The notes beneath the pieces were generated by a model, which was not told where the DNA came from, made no database searches, and was given only the letters and a program-made list of their open reading frames with translations. Shown here in pieces: positions 20,742 to 30,680 of a stretch of 64,000 nt of DNA. Where the stretch lies: the NCBI GenBank assembly GCA_963822585.1, contig CAWGIE010000007.1, forward strand, positions 192,001 through 256,000, written 5' to 3'. The DNA comes from an uncultured bacterium (GTDB lineage Bacteria; Auribacterota; Erginobacteria; Erginobacterales; Erginobacteraceae). Both the position numbers and the translations under genes were made by a program. Numbering within the stretch: position 1 is the first letter of the stretch; each line of letters opens with the position of its first letter.

Positions 20742-21296
20742 GTGAAAAGAAGAGAACAGGTGAAGGAAACCGAACCACTGAAGCGTAAAAAACTGATCAT
20801 CTTCGACGCCGACGGCACGCTGCGTCGCTGCACCGTGCCCGGGCAGGTCTGCCCCAACTCCGACGACCAATGGGAACTACTCCCCGGCGTCAAAAAAAAA
20901 CTGGCGGAGTTTTCCTGGGGTTCCCCGGAAGAGGGAAAAACGGCTCTGGGGATCGCCAGCAACCAGGCCGGGATAGCGAAGGGGTACCTTACGGAAGAGG
21001 CGGCCGGGCGGATGATCCGCCAAACGGTTGCGGAGGCGGCCGGATTCACTCCGGTGGAAGGTTCGGTTCAAATCTGCCCTCATCCTTCCCGGGGCGATTG
21101 CGAGTGCCGCAAGCCCGGACCGCTCATGCTGCGGCGCCTGATGAAGTTCTGGGGCGTCGGACCCGATGACACTCTTTTCGTGGGGGACATGGAGAGCGAC
21201 CGGCTGGCCGCCGAGAACGCCGGCTGCGATTTCGCCTGGGCCCGCGACTTTTTCAGGTGGAATACTCCAAGGCCTCAAGAGCCCGAACTAAGATAG
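20742..21296 (+). CDS. HAD-IIIA hydrolase (GmhB/histidinol-phosphatase-like)
   Basis: FDADGTL, SNQAG, CPH...CECRKP, VGD..SD. Confidence 0.85.
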   Translation: MKRREQVKETEPLKRKKLIIFDADGTLRRCTVPGQVCPNSDDQWELLPGVKKKLAEFSWGSPEEGKTALGIASNQAGIAKGYLTEEAAGRMIRQTVAEAAGFTPVEGSVQICPHPSRGDCECRKPGPLMLRRLMKFWGVGPDDTLFVGDMESDRLAAENAGCDFAWARDFFRWNTPRPQEPELR

Positions 21297-21497
21297 AGGC
21301 TGCTTCGGAACTTCAGCAAAGAGGAATCAAGTGGTGAAGCTTCGCTTCCTGCTTACCGGCAAGCAGGCACGGGCAGCATTAATACTGCAAGCCTTGCCGC
21401 AGGCAAGGCGATACTACATTTATTACATTTCCTACAAGTCCTGAACGGAGTGAGGGACGATCCTACATAAATTTGCGAGCGAAGCGAGCTAATTTAT

Positions 21498-22103
21498 ATG
21501 AATATATCGATCATTCTGGCTCATCCCGACAAGACGAGTTTCAACCACGCGATCGCCCGGTCCGCGGCCGGCCGGGCCCGGGCCAACGGTCACCGGGTCT
21601 TCCTGCATGACCTTTATGCCGAGGGGTTCGACCCTGTTCTTCCCGCCCGGGAGATCCCCGACGCCGCCCGGATTCCGGAATCGATATCCCGGCACTGTCG
21701 TCAGATCGCAAACGCCGGCGGCATCATTGTTGTCCACCCGAACTGGTGGGGCCAGCCCCCGGCCATTCTCAAGGGATGGGTGGACCGGGTGATCCGGCCC
21801 GGGGTCGCCTACCGGTTTCTCGCCGGCGACAGCGGAGAAGGAGTCCCCGTCGGTCTTCTCCAGGCGCGGGCGGCGCTGGTCTTCAACACATCGAACACCC
21901 CCCCGGCCCGGGAAAACAAGGTCTTCGGCGATCCTCTCCGGCTTCTCTGGAAGAACTGCGTCTTCGATCTCTGCGGGGTTCCCGTGTTTTACCGGCGGAT
22001 GTTCAGGGTTTTAGTCACCAGTACCCCCGGCAAACGGCGGCAATGGCTGGCAGAGGTTGAGAGCGCGGTCAACCGGCATTTCCCTCCCGATGAACTGGAT
22101 TAA
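21498..22103 (+). CDS. NAD(P)H-dependent oxidoreductase (flavodoxin-like fold)
   Basis: AHP...SFN, DLYAEGFDP, P.WWGQPPAILKGWVDRV. Confidence 0.88.
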   Translation: MNISIILAHPDKTSFNHAIARSAAGRARANGHRVFLHDLYAEGFDPVLPAREIPDAARIPESISRHCRQIANAGGIIVVHPNWWGQPPAILKGWVDRVIRPGVAYRFLAGDSGEGVPVGLLQARAALVFNTSNTPPARENKVFGDPLRLLWKNCVFDLCGVPVFYRRMFRVLVTSTPGKRRQWLAEVESAVNRHFPPDELD

Positions 22104-23079
22104 ACAGCTCCCCTGTAATCCCCTGCCGGCCCTCCTCGCCGCCAAGAACGATGCCCTGGTCTATTTTACCCGGCGGGACCTGCTCGGCGAGAAACCGGGA
22201 CCGGTGAACACTCTCTGGACGCTGCCGGAACCGCTTCGATACCTCCGCCGCCAGCGGGAAGACGGCGCCTGGCCGGCGACGGGACGGAAAGAAACCACCT
22301 ATCCCGCCATCAACCGCCGCCTCTATCCGACCTACAAGCACCTCCGGCTGCTGGTCGGGAAGTACGGGTTTGACCGGGACCATCCGGCCATACGGCGGGG
22401 GGTCGATTATATCTTCTCCTGCCAAACCCCCGAGGGGGATATCCGGGGAATCCTGGGTAACCAGCATATCCCCTATTACAACGGCGCCATTCTCGAAGTC
22501 GTCATCAGCGCCGGATACGGTGACGACAGGCGCGTGCAAAAAGCTCTCGAATGGCTGCTGAGCTACCGCCTTGATGACGGCGGCTGGACCATGCCTATTC
22601 TGGGAAAATGGCACCAAGATGCCGCCATATACGGGAAACCGCCCCTTCCTCTTGACCGCGCCCTTCCTTTCTCCCACTCCGTTACCGGCATGGTCATCCG
22701 GGCTTTCGCGGCCCACCCCGGATACCGGGATAAGAAAGCTGTTCGGGCAGCGGGGGAACTTCTTAAAGGCCGCCTGTTCAAAGAGGATGGATATGGTTTC
22801 CGCCGAGCCCCTCATTACTGGACGAAACTCCAGTATCCTTTTTTCTGGACCAGCCTGCTCACCGTCCTCGATTCCCTCTCTTGGTTCGGGTTTTCCAAAA
22901 CCGACAGAGATATTGTTCCGGGACTGGACTGGTTCCGGAAGAACCAGGCAGATGACGGTCTCTGGACGACCCGCTACGAAAAAACCCGTAACTGGACGGA
23001 GAAGGACCGGGAGAACAGAGCGTGGGTCGCCCTGGCGGTTTGCCGGATGCTGAGAAGGTTTTATGCAACACTTAATTGA
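22090..23079 (+). CDS. Prenyltransferase/squalene-cyclase-repeat-like protein
   Basis: Repeated Q..DG.W motifs (QREDGAW, DDGGW, QADDGLW). Confidence 0.6.
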   Translation: MNWIKQLPCNPLPALLAAKNDALVYFTRRDLLGEKPGPVNTLWTLPEPLRYLRRQREDGAWPATGRKETTYPAINRRLYPTYKHLRLLVGKYGFDRDHPAIRRGVDYIFSCQTPEGDIRGILGNQHIPYYNGAILEVVISAGYGDDRRVQKALEWLLSYRLDDGGWTMPILGKWHQDAAIYGKPPLPLDRALPFSHSVTGMVIRAFAAHPGYRDKKAVRAAGELLKGRLFKEDGYGFRRAPHYWTKLQYPFFWTSLLTVLDSLSWFGFSKTDRDIVPGLDWFRKNQADDGLWTTRYEKTRNWTEKDRENRAWVALAVCRMLRRFYATLN

Positions 23080-23110
23080 ACGATATGTTATAGATTTAAT
23101 CTAAATAATA

Positions 23111-24172
23111 ATGATGCACTCTATTTTCTGCCTGTTTATCGGTTTATTCATTATGCAATCCGCCGTGTCAGCACAAACCGAGACGGAGACAGCCACCTTC
23201 GCCGGAGGCTGTTTCTGGTGCCTGGAACCGTCCTTCCGGGAACTGGAGGGCGTCGTGGACGTGGTTCCCGGATATACGGGCGGTCACACCGAACGGCCCT
23301 CTTACGAGGAGGTTTGTTCCGGGACGACGGGCCACGCGGAGGCCGTCCGGGTGACCTACGATCCTTCCCGGATATCCTATCAGAGCCTGCTCGACGTCTT
23401 CTGGAGGCAGATCGACCCCACCGACAAAGGCGGCCAGTTCGCCGACCGGGGGAGCCAGTACCGAACCGCCATCTTCTACCACAACCAGGAGCAGAAGCAG
23501 CTGGCCGAGAAGTCGAAGGAAGACCTGAATAATTCCGGCAAGTTCGATCGAAAGATCGTCACCGAGATCGTCCCGGCCGGCGCATTTTACGACGCCGAAG
23601 AATATCACCGGCAGTACTACCGGAAGTGCCCGGTCCGGTACAATATCTACAAGCAGGCCTCCGGCCGGAGCCGGTACCTGAAGAAGACCTGGGGAGCCGA
23701 GAAAGTAACGGCCCGGTCAACGGTAACCGGGGAGATGTCTAAGAAACCTTCCGCGGCCGAGTTGAAAAAAACGCTGACGCCGCTCCAGTACGCCGTCACC
23801 CAGGAGTGCGGGACGGAACGTCCCTTCGACAACGAGTTCTGGAACAACAAGCGGGAAGGCATCTACGTTGATATCGTCTCCGGGGAACCGCTCTTCAGCT
23901 CCGTCGACAAGTATGATTCCGGCACCGGTTGGCCGAGTTTCCGCAAGCCGCTGCAGCCGGAAAACGTCAAAGAAGTGGAAGACCGGAGTCTTTTCTCTTC
24001 GGCAACCGAGGTAGTGAGTATGAAGGGCGGCTCCCATCTGGGACACGTCTTCAACGACGGCCCCGCGCCGGCGGGGACGCGGTACTGCATCAATTCCGCC
24101 GCGCTCCGCTTTATCCCCAAGGAAGATTTGGAAAAAGAAGGATACGGCCGTTACCTTTATCTTTTTCAGTAA
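23111..24172 (+). CDS. msrAB: Bifunctional methionine sulfoxide reductase MsrA-MsrB
   Basis: FAGGCFWC (MsrA); [20 protein letters not shown] (MsrB); N-terminal signal peptide. Confidence 0.93.
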   Translation: MMHSIFCLFIGLFIMQSAVSAQTETETATFAGGCFWCLEPSFRELEGVVDVVPGYTGGHTERPSYEEVCSGTTGHAEAVRVTYDPSRISYQSLLDVFWRQIDPTDKGGQFADRGSQYRTAIFYHNQEQKQLAEKSKEDLNNSGKFDRKIVTEIVPAGAFYDAEEYHRQYYRKCPVRYNIYKQASGRSRYLKKTWGAEKVTARSTVTGEMSKKPSAAELKKTLTPLQYAVTQECGTERPFDNEFWNNKREGIYVDIVSGEPLFSSVDKYDSGTGWPSFRKPLQPENVKEVEDRSLFSSATEVVSMKGGSHLGHVFNDGPAPAGTRYCINSAALRFIPKEDLEKEGYGRYLYLFQ

Positions 24173-24202
24173 GGGATCCGTCTCAGCCTCTCCCTCCTTT
24201 TT

Positions 24203-24910
24203 ATGATCTCGGAGATCCTCCAGGAAGAACTGCGGCGACTGGCCGACCCGGAACGGGCGGCCGCGTCACGAAGATTCTTTAAAACCGGCCCCGGTGAATA
24301 CGGTGAGGGCGATCTCTTCCGCGGCATCCGGGTCCCCTCCCTCAGGAAGCTGGCCCGCCGGTACCGCGAGGCCCCCCTCCCCGATATCGAGCGGCTCCTG
24401 GTTTCCCGCTTTCATGAGGATCGCCTGCTGGCCCTCCTGCTTCTTGTCAGGCGCTATGCCGGCGGCGAAGCGGAAAAACAGCGGCGGATCTACCGTTTTT
24501 ACCTGAGTCATACCGGTTACATCAATAACTGGGACCTGGTCGACAGCTCGGCGGAACATATCGTGGGCGATTATCTGGAAGGAAAAAGCAAAGCGCCTCT
24601 TTATGTCCTGGCCCGTTCCGGCTCGCTCTGGGAAAGGCGGATCGCTGTCCTGGCCACTTTCCGTTACATCAAGCGGGGGAGTTACGATGAGACGCTGAAG
24701 ATCGCCCGGGTGCTGCTCGGCGATCCGGAAGACCTGATTCACAAGGCGGTGGGATGGATGCTCCGCGAGGTGGGGAACCGAGAGCGGGGAACAGAAGAGA
24801 CGTTTTTAAAAACCTGCTACCGGCGGATGCCGAGAACGATGCTCCGGTACGCGATCGAAAAATTTCCCGAAGCCAGAAGGCAAGCCTATCTCCGGGGCGC
24901 CACTGAATAA
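24203..24910 (+). CDS. DNA alkylation repair protein (AlkD-like)
   Basis: FFKTGPGEYGEGD, NNWDLVD, WERR, KAVGWMLRE, PRTMLRYAIE. Confidence 0.88.
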   Translation: MISEILQEELRRLADPERAAASRRFFKTGPGEYGEGDLFRGIRVPSLRKLARRYREAPLPDIERLLVSRFHEDRLLALLLLVRRYAGGEAEKQRRIYRFYLSHTGYINNWDLVDSSAEHIVGDYLEGKSKAPLYVLARSGSLWERRIAVLATFRYIKRGSYDETLKIARVLLGDPEDLIHKAVGWMLREVGNRERGTEETFLKTCYRRMPRTMLRYAIEKFPEARRQAYLRGATE

Positions 24911-25355
24911 CTGGGCCCGGGCGAAAAATATCACCACGAAGGACACGAAGATAATTATTGTCCCCCGCCCCGGCCACGATATAACCGCCAAGACACTGAG
25001 ACACAAAGCCCGCCCCGCGGCCGCTCATTATGCTATGCGATTGCATGCGATTGGGTTAGGAAAAGGGATCCTGCTTTTGATCTCTTTCCATAGCATGGTT
25101 CGTTATCTCCTGACCCATACAATATAACCTGTTACCCATGTCCCCGGATTGTACCGAGCGCAGCTCAATCGGGTGAGGGGCCCATTCGTCATTCGGATTT
25201 CGTCATTCGTACTTCGTCATTCTTTAATATCCTGCCGGAATCGAGAGGACCCGCTTATCGAGAAATCGCACTTCAACACCATAGTATTATTCGTGCCCTT
25301 CGTGTCCTTCGTGGTAAAATACTCGGTAAAATTTATAACTTGGCGAGGATTCGGA

Positions 25356-26159
25356 ATGATGAGAGTGAAAAAATATCGGCGGGTGAGATTAATCCGCGGC
25401 GGGGCCGGTAAGGGAGCAACCGTCCTGGCGGTCGTTCTCCTGCTGGCCGGATGCGCCGGCTATCAGAAAAAGGTCCAGGAAGAGGCCCTGGCGGGCATCG
25501 CCAGCGAAACGGGACTGAAGAAGGTGGATGTCCCCGGTACCGGGGGCGAGTATCTCGGCAAGGAGCACCGGGGATACCGGGTCCTCTATACCGGGAAAGC
25601 GGGAGACGTCTGGGGACGATACGCGGCCCGGCTGACGATGGGGGAGATCGGGAGGGAGGTGGGCGGAATCATGGCCTTCCTCACCAGCAGTTATGAATAC
25701 GGTGGGAATGTCGCCGGAAGCCCGCTTGACCGCCTCCTGGCTGACATGATCGGGCAGCCGATCTCCATCACCATGATTCTGGTCCACGGGAAACCGGACG
25801 CTCCCCGTCTCGACATCGTCGGCGACTACGCCAACGTTCTCCCGGAGGAGCAGCTGCCGAAGTTCAAAAGGCTGGGGATCGGCCCCGGTACCATCTATAC
25901 CCGGGACCAGACCTTCGGGCGGCGGATCGTGGAGAACACCGCCCTGATCGACCGGCTGGACGATATCTGGGGCGCCTATATCCGGGTCGATGGCGAAACG
26001 GTCTCCCTTTTCTGGGCCGGACAGGAGGTTGACTTCAGCCGGATGATCAATGACCACGGCGGTTATTATGAAATGCTCAACTCCTTCCTCGATGATCTGG
26101 CCGACATCGCCGACGCCATCCCTACACCGGGCGAATCCCGGGCCGAGAACGTGGAATAA
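25356..26159 (+). CDS. Hypothetical lipoprotein
   Basis: Lipobox LAGC; GC-rich coding pattern; start moved downstream of repeat DNA. Confidence 0.6.
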   Translation: MMRVKKYRRVRLIRGGAGKGATVLAVVLLLAGCAGYQKKVQEEALAGIASETGLKKVDVPGTGGEYLGKEHRGYRVLYTGKAGDVWGRYAARLTMGEIGREVGGIMAFLTSSYEYGGNVAGSPLDRLLADMIGQPISITMILVHGKPDAPRLDIVGDYANVLPEEQLPKFKRLGIGPGTIYTRDQTFGRRIVENTALIDRLDDIWGAYIRVDGETVSLFWAGQEVDFSRMINDHGGYYEMLNSFLDDLADIADAIPTPGESRAENVE

Positions 26160-26163
26160 TACC

Positions 26164-27096
26164 GTGAAAGATTCCTGCGGCAGAACCATCGACTACCTGC
26201 GGATATCCCTCACCGACCGCTGCAACCTGCGCTGCCGGTACTGCATGCCGGAGGAGGGCGTGCCGAAATTTCAACACCGGGACATCCTGCGTTTCGAGGA
26301 AATCCGGCGGGTGTTGCGGATCTGCCGGGAACTGGGCATAACCAAGTTCCGCTTCACGGGGGGGGAACCGTTCCTCCGGAAAGGGGCGCTGGATTTCTTC
26401 GAGAGTCTCCCGGAGGGTGATTACCACATCACCACCAACCTGGCGATCGAGGACCTGGAGGCGGAACGGATCAACCGGCTCAATATAGCGGGACTCAACG
26501 TGAGCTGCGACTCCCTCCGGCCCGAGCGATACCGGCATATCACCCGGCGGGGGGAACTGCCGGTCTTTCTCGAGAACCTGCAACGGATCCGGGTCGATAA
26601 CCTGAAGATCAATGTCGTCGTCATCAAGGACTTCAACGAGGACGAGATCGTTGACTTTATCCGATTCGCCGGGGAGCACCGGGCCACGGTCAGATTCATC
26701 GAGAAGATGGACTTCGCTTCCGGTGAGCCGGAGTTCTCTTCTCTCTCCGGGGTCAAGGAGCAATTGATCCGGGAGGGGATCATCGATCCGGAGGGATACC
26801 GGATTCACAACTCCGTTTCCGAATACCACGCATTGACCGGGCAGGAGGGAGTGGTTGGGTTTATCACCCCGATCAGCCGCCACTTCTGCGGGACCTGCGG
26901 CAAGATCAGGCTCAAGGCCAACGGCGAACTGAAGTTATGCGTCTTTGAAAAAAGCGACTTTAACCTGAGGGACGTCCTGCGGTCGGAGACGGACGATGAG
27001 GCGATTAAACGGTGGCTGACGGAGGTTATCCGTCACAAGCCCGCCGAGCCGGCGATCAAGAAAAACCTCGAAACCATGGCCGAGATCGGTGGATAA
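26164..27096 (+). CDS. moaA: GTP 3',8-cyclase MoaA (radical SAM)
   Basis: YLRISLTDRCNLRCRYCMP; C-terminal FC..C..IRL...C and IGG; GTG start inferred. Confidence 0.93.
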   Translation: MKDSCGRTIDYLRISLTDRCNLRCRYCMPEEGVPKFQHRDILRFEEIRRVLRICRELGITKFRFTGGEPFLRKGALDFFESLPEGDYHITTNLAIEDLEAERINRLNIAGLNVSCDSLRPERYRHITRRGELPVFLENLQRIRVDNLKINVVVIKDFNEDEIVDFIRFAGEHRATVRFIEKMDFASGEPEFSSLSGVKEQLIREGIIDPEGYRIHNSVSEYHALTGQEGVVGFITPISRHFCGTCGKIRLKANGELKLCVFEKSDFNLRDVLRSETDDEAIKRWLTEVIRHKPAEPAIKKNLETMAEIGG

Positions 27097-27265
27097 TAGT
27101 CTGACCAGCCGAATATTCAAACCACGAAGGACACGAAGTTCACGAAGGGGATAAAATCCTGGAGTCGTTATTCTCCTTCAAATCTTTCTTCGTGTTCTTC
27201 GTGATCTTCGTGGTAATTTATTCATTCAGATTATTAATACCGGCCTAAATCCATATGAGGAGAAT

Positions 27266-27742
27266 GTGATGAAAATGCATGACCTGTCACACTGGTCGGA
27301 GGACGGGAATCTGCGGATGATCGACGTCTCCGGGAAGACACCCTCTTTGCGAACGGCGGAAGCATCCGGGAAGATTCTGATCAAAGAAGAGACGATCGCT
27401 CTGATCAGGGCCGGCAAGACACCCAAGGGCGATATCTTCACTGTCGCCAAGATCGCGGGGATACAGGCGGCCAAGCAAACGCCCTTCCTGATCCCGATGT
27501 GCCATAACCTGAATATCACCCATTGCGACATCCGCTTCCAGGTGGAAAAAAACGCGGTCTCGGTAACCACAACCGTGAAGACCGAGAACCGGACCGGGGT
27601 CGAGATGGAGGCGCTGGTCGGGACGGCGGCGGCCCTGCTCGCCATCTACGACATGCTCAAACCCGTCGACAAGACTATGGTGATAACCGATATCGAACTG
27701 ATGAAAAAAACGGGAGGGAAAAGCGGTGACTGGAAAAAATAA
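27266..27742 (+). CDS. moaC: Cyclic pyranopterin monophosphate synthase MoaC
   Basis: MIDVSGK, LIPMCH, TGVEMEAL, YDMLK, KTGGKSG. Confidence 0.95.
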   Translation: MMKMHDLSHWSEDGNLRMIDVSGKTPSLRTAEASGKILIKEETIALIRAGKTPKGDIFTVAKIAGIQAAKQTPFLIPMCHNLNITHCDIRFQVEKNAVSVTTTVKTENRTGVEMEALVGTAAALLAIYDMLKPVDKTMVITDIELMKKTGGKSGDWKK

Positions 27743-28226
27743 CTATACCGCCGCCGTTCTCACGATCTCTACCGGCTGCGCGAAAGGAGAGCGGGAAGAC
27801 ACCAGTGGGCCGGCTTTGCAGGAAATCTGCCGGAAGATCGGCCTGGGGGTCATCGAGACCGGCCTGGTCCCCGATGACAGCGAGGCCATCCGGGAAAAAC
27901 TGCTCTTTTTCTGCAATGAACGCCGGGCGGATCTCGTTCTCACCACCGGGGGGACCGGCCCCGGCCCGCACGACATAACCCCCGAGGAAACGGGGTTCCT
28001 CTGCGACCGGCTCATCCCCGGCATCCCCGAGCTGATGCGCTCGGAAGGAGGCAAGAAAAACCCGCGGGCGTACCTTTCCCGGGGGATCGCCGGCATCCGG
28101 GGGAGGAGTCTCATCATCAACCTTCCCGGTTCCCCGGACGGGGTCCGGGAATCGCTGGGGGCGATCGCGGGGGTCCTTATCCACGCTCTGGACATGATCT
28201 CCGGCGGCGGACATGATGAACAGTAA
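27726..28226 (+). CDS. mog: Molybdopterin adenylyltransferase MogA/MoaB family
   Basis: DTSG, TTGGTG...DITPE, LSRG.AG, NLPGSP. Confidence 0.85.
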   Translation: MTGKNNYTAAVLTISTGCAKGEREDTSGPALQEICRKIGLGVIETGLVPDDSEAIREKLLFFCNERRADLVLTTGGTGPGPHDITPEETGFLCDRLIPGIPELMRSEGGKKNPRAYLSRGIAGIRGRSLIINLPGSPDGVRESLGAIAGVLIHALDMISGGGHDEQ

Positions 28227-28300
28227 TCGGTAATCGGTGATCAGTTATCAGTGGCAGCCTCGCCGAGTACTGATCACTGATCACTGATTACTGATCACTG
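28221..28300. repeat. Inverted 7-bp-period ATCGGTA/ACTGATC arrays (also 12501-12535, 14040-14072)
   Basis: CAGTAATCGGTAATCGGTGATCAGTTATCAGT ... ACTGATCACTGATCACTGATTACTGATCACTG. Confidence 0.7.
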
Positions 28301-29143
28301 TTTTTGACACGACGGGCAATAATGCGCGGTCCGGCCGGCGATCCGCTCCGTGCTGACGGGAACGCCGCAGGAGGGGCACGGTTTTCCTTTCCGCTGGTAG
28401 ACGTTGAGGCGGTCCTGAAAGCGTCCCAGTTCACCGGCGGTGGTAAGGTACCCCCGGTCGGCGGCGCTTGTCCCCTGGAGCCGGATGGCTTCCTTCAATA
28501 CCTCCCGGATACTCCTGAACAGCCGCTCAATCTCTTTCCCGGTCAGATCGCAGCTCTTCCGGAGCGGATGAATCCGCGCCCGGAAGAGCGCTTCATCGGT
28601 ATAGATATTTCCCAGGCCGGCGATCACCTTCTGGTCGAGGAGGACCGCCTTGATCGGAGCCCGGCGTTCCCTGACCTTCTCCTCCAGGCGCCCGGGCGTG
28701 AAATCTTTCCGGAGGGGTTCCGGGCCCAGCCGGGAAGGATCGACCCGGACGTCCCCGGCTTTCTCCGAGAAGAGATAAATTTCTCCGAACTTGCGGGGAT
28801 CGACAAAACAGAGGCGCCCGGCGCCGTCGATCCGCGCAATCAGCCGGGTATGCGGGGGGAGTTTACCGCGGGGAGGACGGAGGAGAAGCTGGCCGCTCAT
28901 CCCCAGATGAACGATCAGGGTTTCATCTTCGTTCAGCCGAAAAAGCAGGTACTTGCCCCGGCGGCGGATATCGATGATCTTTCGTCCGGATAAACGCCGG
29001 ATGATCCCTTCCCCGCCCGGGTAGCGTCGAAGGAGACGGACCCCCCGGGGGTCGGGAGGGATGACAACCCGCCGGATGGTTCTTCCCCGGAGACGGGGGA
29101 GGAGTTCTCTTCGAATGGTTTCGACTTCCGGCAATTCAGGCAT
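28295..29143 (-). CDS. mutM: Formamidopyrimidine-DNA glycosylase Fpg
   Basis: MPELPEVE, RRGKYL, HLGMSG, GLGNIY.DE, C-terminal Zn finger. Confidence 0.96.
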   Translation of the reverse strand: MPELPEVETIRRELLPRLRGRTIRRVVIPPDPRGVRLLRRYPGGEGIIRRLSGRKIIDIRRRGKYLLFRLNEDETLIVHLGMSGQLLLRPPRGKLPPHTRLIARIDGAGRLCFVDPRKFGEIYLFSEKAGDVRVDPSRLGPEPLRKDFTPGRLEEKVRERRAPIKAVLLDQKVIAGLGNIYTDEALFRARIHPLRKSCDLTGKEIERLFRSIREVLKEAIRLQGTSAADRGYLTTAGELGRFQDRLNVYQRKGKPCPSCGVPVSTERIAGRTAHYCPSCQKQ

Positions 29144-29248
29144 TTTTCATTTTCTCCTATCCTGTTTAACAGGATAGGAGAAAATGAAAAATCAGGGAAG
29201 CAAATAGTCGGCGGGACAATCCCGGCGCGGACTCAGAGGCGGGATCGA

Positions 29249-30601
29249 TCAGGACAGGGCGGCTTCAATAACGTCGGCCTGCTGCAAGCTGCTCCGGGCC
29301 CCTTCCCAGTCTCCCAGGTTCTTGTAGGCGCGCGCCAGGACCCGGTAGCCTTTTATCTTGTCCCGGATAAACTTTTCCGGCGTGCGCTCAAGCTGCCCGT
29401 TCAGCATCTCGATCGCCTTCAGGGGATAGCCCTTGAAGATCTCCACCTCAGCCTCGGCGACAACGATCCGCGAGTTGTTGGGAAACATCCGGGCCAGTTC
29501 TTTCAAAACCCGTCCGGCGGTCGTCATCTCCCGCTCTTCGATCTTCTCTTCCGCCAGTTGGATGAAGGCAAGGTAGGCGTCGGGAGCGGAATGCAGCGAG
29601 CCGGAGAGAAGCCGGCAGAAAGCAGCATCCTCCTCCCGGCCCAAGCGGCCCTGGGCTTCTCCCAAAAGACGATACCCTCTTTCCAGTTCCCACCGGTAGT
29701 AATAGGCCGTGCCCCGAATCCCGGAACGGAGGGCCTCCTCCGCGGCGGCGTTCTCCCCCTGGAGAAGGGCGATCTCTCCCCGGGCCAGGGCGGCCCGGGA
29801 GTTACTGGAATACAGCTTCTCGATCTTTTCCAGGACCGCGGCGGCGTTCTCCAGGTCTCCTTCCTCGATGGCGAACTCGCAAAGGTTGATCAGGGCGGCA
29901 AAGGAGTTCGGCTTCTCCTTCAGAATGATATCGATCTGTTTCCGGGCGGCGGCATATTTCCTCTGCCGGGCGTAGGCCAGAGCCAGTGTCAACCGGAGTT
30001 CGATCGTGCCCTCTTCCAGGGAAAGGGCTTTCTCCAGCCAGTGGGCGGCCTCCTTAAAGTGATCCGCCTTGAAATGAAATCGGCCCAGGTCGCGGCTGCG
30101 GCGGGAGGTGACACCGTATCTTTTTACCAGCTTTTTCAATGCCCGGAGCGTCCCCGGTATGTCCATGGCCTCTTTGCAGACAAAGACAAGCCTCTCCAGG
30201 CTCTTTTCCAGCAGCGGGTCGTCTTCCGGGACCCGGTGGTACATATTAACCGCCTTGGTCACCTGGCCGGAGCGAACATAGAGACGCTCCAACTTTTCAT
30301 AAGCCAGGAAACTATCAGGGAAGAGATTTTTCACCCGGCGCCAGGTCCGGGCGGCGGCGGTCGAACAGCCCCCCGCCTGCTGGGCCCGGGCCAGATTTTC
30401 GAGGAGACCCTGGTCGTCGGGCAGTTCTTTGAGCCCGGCCCGGAGAACCCGGGCAGCCTGGCGATGAGACTCCATCCCGATCAGAATACGGGCCATTTGT
30501 TTGTATGTTGACGCGCGATCCGGGGTTTCAGCGAGTTCATCACAGAGTTTTTTCAGCGCGGGATTCAGCATCTTTTTCGGCAGTTGCAGAGTGGTGGTCA
30601 T
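29249..30601 (-). CDS. Tetratricopeptide repeat protein
   Basis: Helical TPR pattern; start MTTTL after AAGGAG; paralog of the upstream gene. Confidence 0.75.
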   Translation of the reverse strand: MTTTLQLPKKMLNPALKKLCDELAETPDRASTYKQMARILIGMESHRQAARVLRAGLKELPDDQGLLENLARAQQAGGCSTAAARTWRRVKNLFPDSFLAYEKLERLYVRSGQVTKAVNMYHRVPEDDPLLEKSLERLVFVCKEAMDIPGTLRALKKLVKRYGVTSRRSRDLGRFHFKADHFKEAAHWLEKALSLEEGTIELRLTLALAYARQRKYAAARKQIDIILKEKPNSFAALINLCEFAIEEGDLENAAAVLEKIEKLYSSNSRAALARGEIALLQGENAAAEEALRSGIRGTAYYYRWELERGYRLLGEAQGRLGREEDAAFCRLLSGSLHSAPDAYLAFIQLAEEKIEEREMTTAGRVLKELARMFPNNSRIVVAEAEVEIFKGYPLKAIEMLNGQLERTPEKFIRDKIKGYRVLARAYKNLGDWEGARSSLQQADVIEAALS

Positions 30602-30680
30602 CGTATACTCCTTCGAAATCAGTACCTCGCCCCCGCTCGTGGGGGGCGAATGAACATGATCTTGCGTCTCCGCAGATCCG

